Below are positions 14,230-27,895 of a stretch of 64,000 nucleotides of DNA, one piece after another (position 1 is the stretch's first letter; every line of letters starts with the position of its first letter). Where the stretch lies: assembly GCF_009914755.1 (NCBI RefSeq), contig NC_060929.1. One strand, written 5' to 3'. The position numbers were made by a program, and so were the translations under genes. The stretch comes from the human T2T-CHM13v2.0 reference genome, Homo sapiens. The notes below the pieces were generated by a model. That model did no database searches. It was not told where the DNA came from and worked only from the letters and a program-made list of their open reading frames with translations.

Positions 14230-14704
14230 TTCTTCATAGCATATACCCAGCAATGATCCTCCTGACCCACTCTGAGACCACAATAGGCTAATGAGGAATG
14301 CCATTTAAGATATCTTTGGGTCCGAGACACTCTAATATAGATATGGACATTGAGACTTTGAGAAATACACCTGCCTAAAACTAGCTAGCTGCTTAGTAAC
14401 AAGGATGGAAATTCAGCATAATCATTCATTTACACCTGTTCCTTCCACAAACATTTCGAAGTCATTAAGTCATGACTAGGACTCTTGACTTTTGGTTCTT
14501 AATCTAAGGATTTTCTCACCATATCACACCTCTCCCAGTTTGTTTGTTTGTTTGTTTATTGTTAAGATTTTACACAAAAGGCAAATTAAGCATTTGCTCA
14601 TGACTCTTCAAAAGGATCCACAAGAAAAGTTATTTCAATAGTAAATTTCATATAGAGCTTCTAAAATTTTATTTTATTTAATAAATAAAATTCAGTTTAC
14701 ATGT

Positions 14705-15070
14705 TGTCAGGTTCTAACTGAGGTCTGAGGGGAGTCGGTGGGAGAGTGGTGGGTAGCTGGAAAAACCCTCAAAGAATCATAGACAGTTTCAATATGGCTT
14801 TACTCTCTCTCTCTCTCTCTGGGCATGAGTGAGCCTGGGTGCGAGCCTGGTTGCAAGCTGGATGTACAGCATCAGCAGGGTAGTTATACCTTTTACAGAC
14901 AATAGTGGCTCCCAGCCAAGCACAAGCTCACATGAGTGGTTACCTAATGCGCCTCACATGGCATAATTACATAATGAGCGGAATTGTGCGCCTGTGCTCC
15001 AAACTTGCTGAGTTATGCGTGACAGGATGTCTCCCTCGGCCTAGACCGCAGCACATCCATTTTCCTTACA
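14705..15070 (-). mobile_element. Solo LTR18B-like endogenous retrovirus LTR
   Basis: TG...CA termini (minus strand tgtaaggaaaatgg...gttagaacctgaca) and a perfect 5-bp TSD CATGT at 14700-14704 and 15071-15075. Confidence 0.88.
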
Positions 15071-16988
15071 CATGTAGATTTTCAAAGTAAATCTTTGTTA
15101 AGGCTCTCACTTTACCCTGTCATCACAGGGGTTTTGTTACAATACCCCACCAGATGGATTTGTAGAGTTTGATCCAGTTCAATAAGCATTTATAGATCAC
15201 TTACATTTGCCAGGTGCAAAGCTTAGAGAACCTAGAGATGAATCTGCATCTCTGCCTGACCTCAGGGAGCACAGTGTCCAGAGACAGAGACTTAGGAAGG
15301 CATGCAAAATCAAGTACAATACCTAACAACATCTGCTGTGGGCTGCAGAAAAGCATAATTGCTATAGAAACACAGAGAAAACAATTTTGTCTGGCTGAGG
15401 ACAGTGGTTGGGGTGGTATTGTAAAGGAAAGTAGAACTTTAGTGTGAAGGTGCACTTGACCTGAACCAGGCCCTGACTCCCAGTTTTAAGCTTGTCCCCA
15501 TAAATGAATCTATTCCAGAAAAATAAGACTCTTGATAGAGAGCTAGATATATACAAATAGACATTTAGACATTCATGTATATTGCATGTGCCCACACTAT
15601 TTTTTGTCTCTTAGAGAATTCCTTACTCTGCAAAGAAAGCCAGATGCTTTCCCACATAGTTTTTCATCCTTTTTTTCATTCCATGTAAGAACTTAGCAAT
15701 TATTTCATGATTATTTCATGTTAGGCACTATACTAATCTCTCTTTTGTGTGCTTCTACTTGTTACACCCTCCAAGGCAGTTAGAACTATTGTTCCCATTT
15801 TACAAAAAAAAAGGACTGGAAATCCAGAGAGGTTAAGCAAATTGCTAGAGGTCACACAGCATAAAAGAAGCAGAGCCAGGATTCAAACACAGTTCTATCT
15901 GACTTCTGTACTTCATCCCCCAGGTGCACTCCCTTATTTAGTGAATGGGATGAGGAAGCGAGGATCTAAAACCCTAAGGGGCACTGTGACTACTGAGGAA
16001 GTAGCCTGTGCTGGCTGGTAGTGGGAGCTAATTTAGTCAGTGTCCTGAGGCCAGGGTGTAATAAGGAAGAGGACCTCACTGCTATAAGAAGCACTGGGGC
16101 TCCTTGTCTGAATTTCTCCAGAACAGCTGCTCCCTGGAGACAAGTTCCCTTGCACATCTCCAGCATCTGCATCTGGCTTGATATCACAATCCATTCAGGT
16201 TTCCACAGTAGATTAGAACACTCGTGGGTGCTGATTTCCTGCCTCTTTTTCATATCCTGTCATTAACCCAGCAATGCCGGAAAGCCCAACAGACATAAAG
16301 GAAAGCCAAGCTTATTAAGTTAAAGATGAATCATGTTTTTAAAGTTTTCTTTTTTTATTTATAATGCATTTCTTTAACTTGTTGCCATGCTGATTGCTGG
16401 GGTTTCTTTTGGTACCTATCAGAGGCCCACACACTCTTCTTCCCCAGGCGGCTCTCTTACTATGTCCCTTCCTTACTCCTTTTTATATTATTATATTCCT
16501 TCTTTTTATTTATATCCTTTTTATTATATCCCTTCCCCAAGGAAGGGGTGTCAAATGCAGCATTTTAAAGTAAAATTTAGTTTCCAGTTTATAGTAATGA
16601 GAGCTCCTGATCAACTTGTTGTGATAACAAGTGTTTCCCCCTGGACATGCCATTATTTTAGCAAAACCCCCAAATAAACAACACCTAATTTAGGGTTAGG
16701 GCCTTACAGGTAATAATACTTATTTTGTGCCAGAAATTATTCTAAGAGCTTTACACAGCCTAACCTCAGTAAAACCTTATAACAATCCTGTGAAATAAAT
16801 AGTGTCCCATCTATACACATGAGGACACTGAAGCAGAGCAAGATACATTTAGCCAGTATCAAAGTTAGGATTTGAGCCATGGCAATTTCAGCCCAGGGTC
16901 TCTGCTCTTAAACATGATGCCGTATTCCTCCCCCTGCAGGTAAGTAATCAGTATCCATTAGAAAAGTTAGCCAACATTTAAAAGTTCA

Positions 16989-17349
<361 letters not shown>

Positions 17350-18913
17350 CTAGTCCCCATCTGAAGGTCTGAACCACTCAGGACTTCTGGCTGTTTATTT
17401 TATTTTTAAAGATGAGATGTGAAGGAGGCTTCCAAACTTCCTTTCGGACCTCATTCCCTACTTTTATTATCCTAGAAGTCAAAGGGTTATTCTTAAGATC
17501 GAAACCAGTGTTTCTCTTGCTTTATTTTAAGTCCCTGCTGGCTTCGTATTGAGCTGCATAAAAATCAATCACCTCATATTTTAAAGAAAATAAGAGGGAA
17601 AAACTTTATATCTTCAAATCACTCTGTGGTTTTCTTTTATAATTTAGACATGAAAGACCTTCAGAGACCAAAAGTGTCATCTCTCCATTTTACACATAGA
17701 GAAACTGGGACCAAGAGACAGTGTCAGACAGGCTCGCTCACCGTTTAGGCCAGTCTTTAGCAATTTTCTCATTTCTCAGGATCATCTGAAACCTTTGCAA
17801 TATCTGGTGGCCAAATGATAGATAAATATTTTTAGAAGAGTTAGTCCTTCACAGAATGTCGAGGGGAGCATCCTGGCCCCATCAGGCTGAAGAAATTTTT
17901 GGATCTACAAGGTCACAAAAGTGATCGGGGGTTCCAGAAATGAAAAGACTCCCCTCAAAACAAGAATGACCTCAGTTCTTTCTGTTTTATTTCAGTTGGC
18001 TCAGCAGTTCTTAGGAATATAGAAGAATAATATTTTATATTTCTTAGCAAGTTCAGAATCGATTTGAAGGAATCACAAATGGCCTTTATACTGAGACTTT
18101 TTTTCCCCATTTTAGAGATAAGGAAAATGAAGCTCTCAGAGATTGATTAACTTGCTTTTCTTGGGCAACTGCTAGTCACGCTCAGCTTTTCCTTAATTCT
18201 GTGGTTGCAAGGGAAACCACACTTGGAAGTATAGGGGGTGCTGACTGGTTCATTGTTTTTAAGAACTCCACTTTAAAAATAGATATTTTTGGAATTCCTA
18301 TTATTAAAGTTCTGAAGGATACTGAGTGTGGGCAACCAATATTTTCAACATAAGCAATTTTAAATAATGCAACAGAGATGCATTAATATAAATGAAGGAG
18401 AGATGTTGTTTCTCTGCGGCTCTTAGACTTCTCCCTCTAACTCAAGATCTGCTTGAGTTTCAAGTCTTCATTTTCTACTGAGTTGTTTTATTTATTCTGG
18501 GCTGATTTTTGTTGAAAATGTCAGAGTATATTTGTGTCTAGAAAGAATAATGAAAGGCTACAAGAATTAAATTTGGTGCCAAATTAACATCACCCTCCCC
18601 TCCCCTGCTGATAAGTTTTACATCCCAGTCACATTTGGGATAGTTGGAAGCTTTACATGTATTTATCAGGCTCCAGATCTGATTATATTTGATCAGTAAA
18701 GAGTAATAACATAATTTTAGAAAGCATTGTGCCAAGATTTCGGATGCCCTGGGGTGTGCATTTATAGCTTTGTTATTTGAAACCTAAATGTTTTAGCTGT
18801 AACTTAAAAAGAAACTTGCCATGAGTTTAATCTTAATATTAAAACAACAACAAAAAAAAACCTGGCATGTAATTAAACAAATATAGAGCCAACTAATCTA
18901 TACACGTCATTGA

Positions 18914-19153
<240 letters not shown>

Positions 19154-19209
19154 TGACCATGTTTGATGTAATCAAGCATTTAAAAAAATATATACGTATA
19201 TATGTGTGT

Positions 19210-19928
19210 GTGTATATATGCCACTTCACATCCACTACAATGCCTATAATTAAAAGATGGACAATAAAAATGTTGGCGAGAATTTGGAGAAATAAGAACC
19301 CTTGTACATTGCTGGTGGGAATGTGAAATGGTGCAGCTGTTGTGGAAAAGAGACAGTTTTTCACAAAGTTAAATGTAGACTTACCATGTGATTGAGCAAT
19401 TCCACTTCTAGGTATATACCCAGAGAAAATTGAAAACACCATTTTCTTACAAAAACGTATGTATCAGTGTTCATCATAGCCTTATTTATGATAGCCAAAC
19501 AGTAGAACCAACCCAAATGTCCAACTGGTGAGTGGCTAAACAAAATCCGATATAGCCGTACCATTAGTCAGATATAGAAAGGAATGGAGTATTGTTACAT
19601 GCTACAACATGGATGAACTTTAAAAACACTATGCAAAGTGAAAGAAGCCAGATACCAAAGGCCACATATTGCATGATTCCGTTTATGTGTTTTGTCCAGA
19701 ATAAGCAAATACATAGAAACAGAAAGGAGGTTAGTGGTTGCCAGGAACTGGGAATTGGGGCTAACTGCCACGGGGTTTTTGGGGGGTAGTGATAGTAATG
19801 GCCTGAAATGAGGTGATGGTTTACCCAACATAGTGAATACACTCAAGCCACAGCATTGTAAAATCACAAAAGCTACCCACCTTACAGTTATTCACAGTGT
19901 CGTATGAATTTTATCTCCAAAAAATAAA
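19210..19928 (+). mobile_element. Old L1 (L1MB-like) 3' end, sense to TENM2
   Basis: ORF2 C-terminus-like cattgctggtgggaatgtgaaatggtgcagc and an L1M 3'UTR ending in aaaaataaa. Confidence 0.8.
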
Positions 19929-20839
19929 TGCTAATATCCCAACCTGATGAAAACAGCTTTACTAGGTTTAGGGGTTAATCACTGGGTACTTTCTGTTCAG
20001 ATGTTCTGGTTATTGGATTAATTTGTTAAAATATCACTAGGAGACATCTCAGTATATATGAAAAGAATAATGTAACATAAACTAAAATTCAGCAGATGTT
20101 TCTCTGTGGCTCCCCTGTACTAAGTTCCTTGGGAAGTCCTTGGCACTATGAAAGTGAGATTATTCACAGCATTGGAAGTGAAGAGATTGGATTACATTAT
20201 GGATTTCATTATTTTTTCTCTCATTCTTCCCTTAGTTTGTCGTGGTGGAAGTTCTATTATTATACATAACACCTGGGGTAAATTAACACCTACCTAGTTT
20301 GGTTTTCTTTTCCAATAAGAATTGTATATCCTGTGAAAAAACCAGTGGGTTTTTCCTGCCTTGTATGCCCTCAAATCCAGGAAGAACATAAGGTACATTA
20401 GGAAAAAACCCAAAACATGCATATATCCAGTCAAAGCTGACTTTGAAATGTGTTGGAAAGGCAATTCATCTAGAAAATTCAATTGGAAGAACTTAAAGCT
20501 ATAAAAAAACCCATTGGCAAATGCAAGGTAGTCAGGCTACAATTTCTTTACCTTTAGCTCATGGCAGACATTGCTAATCAATGACAGCACTTTTCCTTAC
20601 TGAGCCCAGTGCACACATACCTCCCATATAACTCTTAAGGCAGCCACTATCAATCGACCATTGTTGGCTCTCAAGATGAAACTGATTTGCAATCCCATCT
20701 TTACAGCCTAAAATGATCAATATAAGAACTAAAAGGACTATTTCTTTTTTGAGCAGGGAGAGCTGAGCTGTGTAGGTTTTTATGATCATACACAGCCCGT
20801 GCTATAGGGACCAATATGTAATGTGGTAATCAGTGAGTC

Positions 20840-20872
20840 CTCCATCCATCCATCCATCCATCCATCCATCCA
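20840..20872. repeat. (TCCA)n tetranucleotide repeat
   Basis: Read directly from the sequence. Confidence 0.9.
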
Positions 20873-22772
20873 GAAAAAATATTTATAGGGCTAGACACTG
20901 ATTATCTGGAGATGAGTTAACACAGCCCCTGACCAAGCAGAACTCTTGATAACAGAAATCATATCTGCTTGTCAAAGAGATTCTCATCAAGACAAGAAGA
21001 GGAGTTCAGCTGAAAGGAATCCCTGGTGCATTTCTGTAGCTTCTGGACAGGCTGCAAGGTGCTGTTCTAAGAAGTTATGCAAATTGTTAAGTGGTGTCCT
21101 TGACCTTCAGGCTCCACTGATTCTCTTGTAGCAAAATGAAGGATTTACAGTAGTGAAATCCACTGATCGGCATTATTGAGGTAACTGTGAGCATGAATCT
21201 GGGCATCGCTGAGCATAACTTGCCTCTCAACCAGTTGCATGCAAGGAGCTTTGCTAAGAAAACTACTTCTTCCCCACATTACCCCCAAAGCTCTGCTTGC
21301 CCCCTTCTCTTGCATGCTCCAGGAAACCAGAATCATGGAAAAGCCAATGATCATGGCAAGTCAAGTTGGTAACTCTCTGTAACTGAGTGGTAGTGGACAG
21401 CAGGCAGAAGCATACTCTACCTGGCTTCCCTGCTGTTCTGACATTCAGGACTCAAATCCTCAATGACAATGTCTTTTCTTCCTTTGTGGCTACGCCACAC
21501 TGTCCATCTCCTGCCTAGACTGTGATTGTTCTAGTGATTGTCCTCTCAAAATAGCTCCACTCCAGAGACAGCCCCATCGCACATTTCAAGGGAAGGGAAA
21601 TGAATAGGCATGGGCTGATGTGTGCTGAGGTTTCAGTCCAGCTGCCAGTTTGAAAGTTCACTGTGTGTTGAGGGGTCAAGTAAGCAAGCCACCGTGCCGA
21701 TGCTTAGAAATTCGCAAGACAGGTACAATATAGGGGCACTGTTTTCCAAAAAGAAAGAAAGAAAGAAAAAGACTCCGTATGTATTCTCACATTCATTCGC
21801 TGTCATTACATGCATTCATGTCCATTTGATGAACTACATTTCCTCAAGGAGACAGTGCTTAGCTCTTTGCGGGGATAGGCGACTGACGTCTCGAACTATT
21901 ATAGAATTTCTCATTTTTATTGGTATATCCTATCAAGGAACATAAGTTCTATGGGGATTGGCAGTCTAGCCAAGGTGACTCATTTGAGCTGGAAAAAGAG
22001 AAAGTGAAAGAGGTGGGGTGGGGGTAGAATATGAAATTCTATTGGCTGTGCTACGTGAAATAGTTGTTTAAATTTTATTGAGTACCATGCTCTGACCAAG
22101 AGCCTACAAGGTTTAGTATCCTTGTCCAAGGATATTACATACCTGCTTAAATTTCCCAAGAATCAGAGTCTGTCCCAGCTGACTTTTTGAAACTGGCTTT
22201 TTATAGAGATACAGAGACAACATTGCATAGGAGAAAATGTCCAGAATGTAGACTCTGCCACACATTAACCAGGGGACCTTGAGCACGTCCCTTAACTTCT
22301 CTTAACTTCAGTTTCCTTTTCTACCTATGTAACCTGCTTCACAATACTTGGTTGTAATTACACAATAACAACAAAGGTAAGATGGGAAAACCCTTTGTAA
22401 ACGAAAGCGCAATAGAAAGCTATGATATATGAGTGTTCTATTATACTTAGAATTTATGTGTAGCCCTGGCAAATCCTGTATGTAGATAGGCAATTATACA
22501 AATATAGATTTTTTTAATAAATTAATTTCTAGTTTCTTCTTCTTTCTAAAGAAAAAACTACATTTCATTGCAGAAAAGTTTTACAAACAGAGAAACAAAA
22601 GAAAAAAGTAAAAACACTCCTAATAGAAAGCAGTCCCCTTTTGCTAAATGTTTATATATTATTTTTGTTATAATAAAATGTATCCATTTCAGTGAAAAAA
22701 AAAAGAACCTAGAATAATGGTAGCCTCAAAGAACAAAGGTTTTTTTTTTTTTCTTGTTTATGCTACACCATT

Positions 22773-22999
22773 AGTGGCTTTCAAACAGGGGTGATTTTGC
22801 CCTCCCCGACTCCCACCCTGGAAACATTTTACAACGCCTGGAAATAGTTCTGGTTGTCACACTGTGAGGAGGTTGCTACTAGTACCTAGTGGATAGAGGC
22901 CAAGGATGCTGCTAAACACCCTGCAGTGCACAGGGAAGCCCCAGCACAAAGAATTAACATTAGCTTAAGTGCTAATAGTGCTGAGGTTAGAAAACTCTG
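22773..22999 (+). mobile_element. MER20, apparently nested in an MLT1-like LTR (~22700-23270)
   Basis: agtggctttcaaacaggggtgattttgcc...ctagtggatagaggccaaggatgctgctaaacacc...gaggttagaaactctg. Confidence 0.8.
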
Positions 23000-25723
23000 C
23001 TTCGCATGTCCCTCTTAGGTTAACAAGAACTTTGCTCAATGTCAACCTCATTCAAGGACACAGACCTATGAAACTTCTACTATGAGGAACAAGAAAAGGA
23101 GTAGATGGAGAATTGTGTACCAATTCCTACAGAACTCTGCTTGGAAGTCACACATATCATTTAAGCACTTCTTATATCAACCAAAGCAGTCACATCATAA
23201 CTTTAGTGGAGGAGGACATACCATCAGATGGTGTCCCCTGGAAGGAGCACCAGAAATATCAATGAAGATCCCTAATGACTTAAACATAAAACGTTATGAG
23301 ACCTGTCCTAGTGGCCTTTGTGTGCATCCTCAATCCTTTTCTTGAAAATAAACCCTTAAGGATTTTATTTATATTCCCAAATTGTCCTGAAAATGTGTAC
23401 CAATTACACTGCTACTCACCAGCAGCATTGTGGAAACGCCCATTTTATTTACTTGAACACTTGCATAAATGTAATATTATTGTTTCTAAAGCTTTGCCAA
23501 TTTTAAAGGTAGGTATTATATATTGAGCTTTAAATGCAGCAGTTTTGACTTCATGCATTGCATTTTTAAAGACACAGACAGAAAAAAAAAGTCAATCTGA
23601 GTCATTCTTAGCCTACTAACTCAAATTCTTATGGGGATGGTATGTGTACAGTGGAAGCCTAATGTGCCTTGCCAGATATCTGAAATCCTACAAACTGTGT
23701 CAGATTTGCTCAGCCCTGGTTCTAGAAAGGTAACAGACAGAAGAAAAAGAATAGTCTGACCTGGCTACAGTGCTAGGTGTCAAAGGAAATCTCAGAGGCA
23801 GTTGCAGCAAGTCAGAATCTTGGGCGGTTAAGGCAGTGAGCAAGTTTGCTTGACAGTTCATCACTGATTGCTACTGATATGTCAAGCCAAGTAAAATCCT
23901 TTGCAAGAACAAGTCAATAATTGGCAGATTAGGTACATGATTAACCGGAGACAACAAGATGCAGTTACCACTTGGGAGCCCTGCTGGGACTTCACCTTCT
24001 CCACAATCCTGTTTAGCAAATATTAAAAATGCCTATTTCATCACTCAGACCGATGGAGCCAGGAGGCAACTTAAAAGTATACGATGGGCTTACAGCTCCA
24101 GCAAGTTGATTAAAAGAGATTCTAGGGATTGAATGGCGGTAAGACAGGAGCAGATGCTGGTACCCCCTAATGCTTTATGCTGAGAGGTATCTATGGGATG
24201 GGAAGTAAAATTATCCACACATTAAACTCATTAGCCAATAGGGAGGAACAGTTTAAGAGACCACAAATTGTCCCATGATCATACCAAATAAATGCAAATA
24301 TGGCAGATTGGGCATATGTGGACCAAGATAAAATGAGTTGAGCCAACATTTCTATTTGTCCTTATCAGCGGAATTCCCCTAATGACATTTTTTAAAAGCA
24401 GATTTATAGATGGTGATTAGTGGTATTAGTCTTTGCCAGTTCAGGTTTATTCCTTTTCATTTCAGATCCTCATTTGAAAATGAACTCTGTCTTTCCTTGT
24501 CCCCTTCTTTCTTGCCTAAGTAAGCAAACCTGCACATGGTTTCAATTAGATGTGGGACTAACTGTGTTCCTGGGATGCTGGGGTGCCTGGCTGTTTGGAG
24601 CTCCTTGGCTCTGTCATCTTGCCACTCTCTCTTTACCCTCTCAGTGCCCATTGACTAGTCACATAGGCTCCACTGGGCCTCACCTTTCACATGGAGCTGA
24701 AATGTGGAGGCAATGCCAGGGTTTGGCTGTCAGCTTGCATAGCACATCAAATCGCGCTTTGCAGAAGCCCCTGATACGAAGTTTCATTTCATTTTGGAGG
24801 AAGCCAGATCTTTACAGGCATGTTTTTCAGAACCTTCCTTTCCAAAGGAGCTCGAGCTGTAGAGAACGATTGTGTGAAACCAAGAGAACCTTGGTTTCTT
24901 CTGAACTGGACTGAAAGTGCTTTTGGAAAGGACTTTCTGGACAGACCCCTTCTGGTTAGCTGGTGGCATCCTAACAGGAGACAGGAACTGAAACTGCCAT
25001 CTGAGTCAGTGGGCACCCTCCTGGACAGCTACTGAGCAGAGCAAGGAGAAATCTCATGGCATGCTTGAGTCTGGAAAGAGAACCGGTGTGAAGGGTGCAC
25101 AGGAGGGCACCATGGATGTTTTACAAGAAGGACAAGGCTTGAGTTCATGGAACTGAGAGAGAAGGCAGCAACAGAGAAAACAGGAATGAGTTCAGACGGG
25201 CAGCACCAAATCACATATTTAGACAGAGGAGAGTCTTGGAGGTGCTGTAATTCAGGAGTTTGCAAACTTTCTAAGCAAAGGACCTTTATCCTCAAGTGAA
25301 ATCTTATATAGAACCCTGTATATAAAAAGACGAAAGTGATAGTTTTGTTACCATAGAGTTTACAGTTCAAATCCATGTTTAGTATTATCATGTTAATCTC
25401 TGTATATGTATGTTTGTGTATTAATAAATCACATGTATAAATATATATGTGTGGATATATATCCAGAGGGAGAGAGAGAGACTAAACCCATGAGAGTGGT
25501 CACCTCTAGGAACAGTCAAGAAGAATAGGACTGGGAATTAGGTTTTAGGAGTACTTACTTTTATCGAAAAAAACATACTAAAGGAAAGGCAAGTCCCCCA
25601 TCCCCCAATCTCCAACATACACACACACAGACTGGATATAATTCCACAAAATCTTAACATTTATTCATTTGAGTGGTTGTAATATGGGTATCTTTTATAC
25701 TTCTCTTAATTTCTGTAATCTCT

Positions 25724-25761
<38 letters not shown>

Positions 25762-27386
25762 AGTGAATCTGTAACAATGTTGAGTCTATTTTCAGTAAAA
25801 CAAAGAGAGGATACAGATGACACCTGTAATTCCAATCACTTTCTCAAGATTCCGTTTATATACTTTGTGTTTTTGTGCAATTTTGAGAGGCACGTCCCTT
25901 GCCTTAGATATAAAAAAAGGGGATTTGCACCCAAGCTTTGAAACTCTCCTTATTTGAAAAAAAATCACCATTATGGGACATATTACACATTCATTTGGAA
26001 TTCCACTCCTGATTTTACATCCTGAATCAAACATGTGCCTCTGCTCTGCCTGGCATTTCGTTGAACAGTATCCATCAGTGCAATTGCTTGTATGACTTTA
26101 TCTGAGCAGACACACATCGGCCTGGATTCAAAGAAAGCCTAGTACAGATCTTTAAGCTTCCTGATAAACGACAGTTACAGAAGTTCAATGTATGCTCAGA
26201 GATGTTAGGAAAAGCTTTATTCCAAGATCTTTGCAAAAATTAATGGCTTCTAAAATGTTCATTGAAGCCCCTCTCAGTAAGGATGCTTTGTAGGGAAGCT
26301 AAAGTTGTTCTGAGACAACAATATTCATTAATCATTCATCCGAGCTCTTATAAAAATGTCCTGCACTCAGAGATCCCTCTCCATTTAACATGATGTCTAA
26401 ACCCACTTGGAATAATAGCCAGCACTATCTGAGGGCCACAATGTAACAGGGACTGATTGTTCCATGTGCATTATCTTGTTTTATCTTCACAACACCATAT
26501 GAGCTAGGTAGCATTAGTGGCAGTCCCCTTTTACAGATGGAAGAACTGAGACAGAGGTTATGGGCTCAAAGCTGGGATGTGCATCTAGCAGCCAGACACC
26601 TTCATCTTCTTTCTCTCTGGTGCTCAGTCATTTCTAGGAGCATCTACAGTACAACGTAAACACAATTGTTTACGGAGTAAAATTACACCTGCTGCCAAAA
26701 ACAGGAATTTTATCAAGTCAAGGAGAATGGTGGTGGGGATCTTCCTGAACGTGTCAGAGGAAAGCCTTGGTAAATATGGATCTGGCTGAGGGTAGCACAG
26801 TTAAACACGGAGGCAGAGAAAATTAACAAAGAAGGTGATAAGATCGGCACATCAAAGAGGGTGATTATAAAAAACGTAAAGAGAGATCCTGGGAAATTTG
26901 ATGAAGATATCCCATCTGCTTACAGAAATGCTCTTTTTGATTATGTTGCACTTGTCAAACTAAGTGATGCTGCACTGTCCTGTGTGTTTCATTGATTCTA
27001 AGATGCATAAAATGCTCCTCTTTTGACATCTCTAAAAACAGCATGTGTTTTGCTATCGATGAAGCTGATAGAACGAAATGTGTGCTTACATGTTTTTGTG
27101 TACGTATGAAAATTCAGTGTTCATTCTCACAACTAGAGCATAGTTGCAAATATAACCTGAATTTCCCTAAATATGATATAAAATAAACTTTTTGGCAGGG
27201 TTTCCTTTTCCAAGATAAAGTTCTAATCAAACATTTTTCCATTCGTTAAGTGTATTCATTATAAGTGGCCTCTTACGAATTCCAGTGATTCCCAGATAAC
27301 TAGATCCTACCATATAAATCAAGTCAGTGTGGGGTTGAATTATAATTTTTAAAATATCTAAATACTTATTTAGAAAGTAAACTTTA

Positions 27387-27669
27387 GGCCAGCTGTGGTG
27401 GCACATGCCTATAATCCTGGCACTTGGGAAATCAAGGCAGGAGGAACACTTGAGCCCAGGATATCAAGACCGCCCTGGACAGCAAAGTGAGACTTCATCT
27501 CTACCAAAAAAAAAAAAAAAAAATTAATTATCCATGTATGGTGGTATCTGCCCATAGTCCCAGCTACTTGGGAGGCTGAGATGGGAGGATTGCTTGAGCC
27601 CAGGAGGTCAAGGCTGCAGTGTGCCCTGATTGTGCCACTCCAGCCTGGGCAAAAGAGTGAGATCCTGTC

Positions 27670-27670
<1 letters not shown>
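27387..27670 (+). mobile_element. AluJ
   Basis: Alu dimer with AluJ diagnostics. The tail is expanded into a purine tract. Confidence 0.9.
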
Positions 27671-27719
<49 letters not shown>

Positions 27720-27895
27720 AAAGAAGAAAAAGAAAAAGAGAGGAAGGAAGGAAGGACGGGAGGGAAGAAAGAAAGGAAGAAGAGAAAAGAAAAAGAAAAA
27801 GAAACCACTGTGGAAGTGCTGCTGTTACAGAAAGAAGGAAAGGAAAGGAAAGGAAGGGAAAGGGAAAGGGAAAGGAAAAGAGAAAGAGAAAGAAA
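27671..27895. repeat. Polypurine low-complexity tract, (GA)n/(GAAA)n/(GGAAA)n
   Basis: Read directly from the sequence. Confidence 0.95.
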
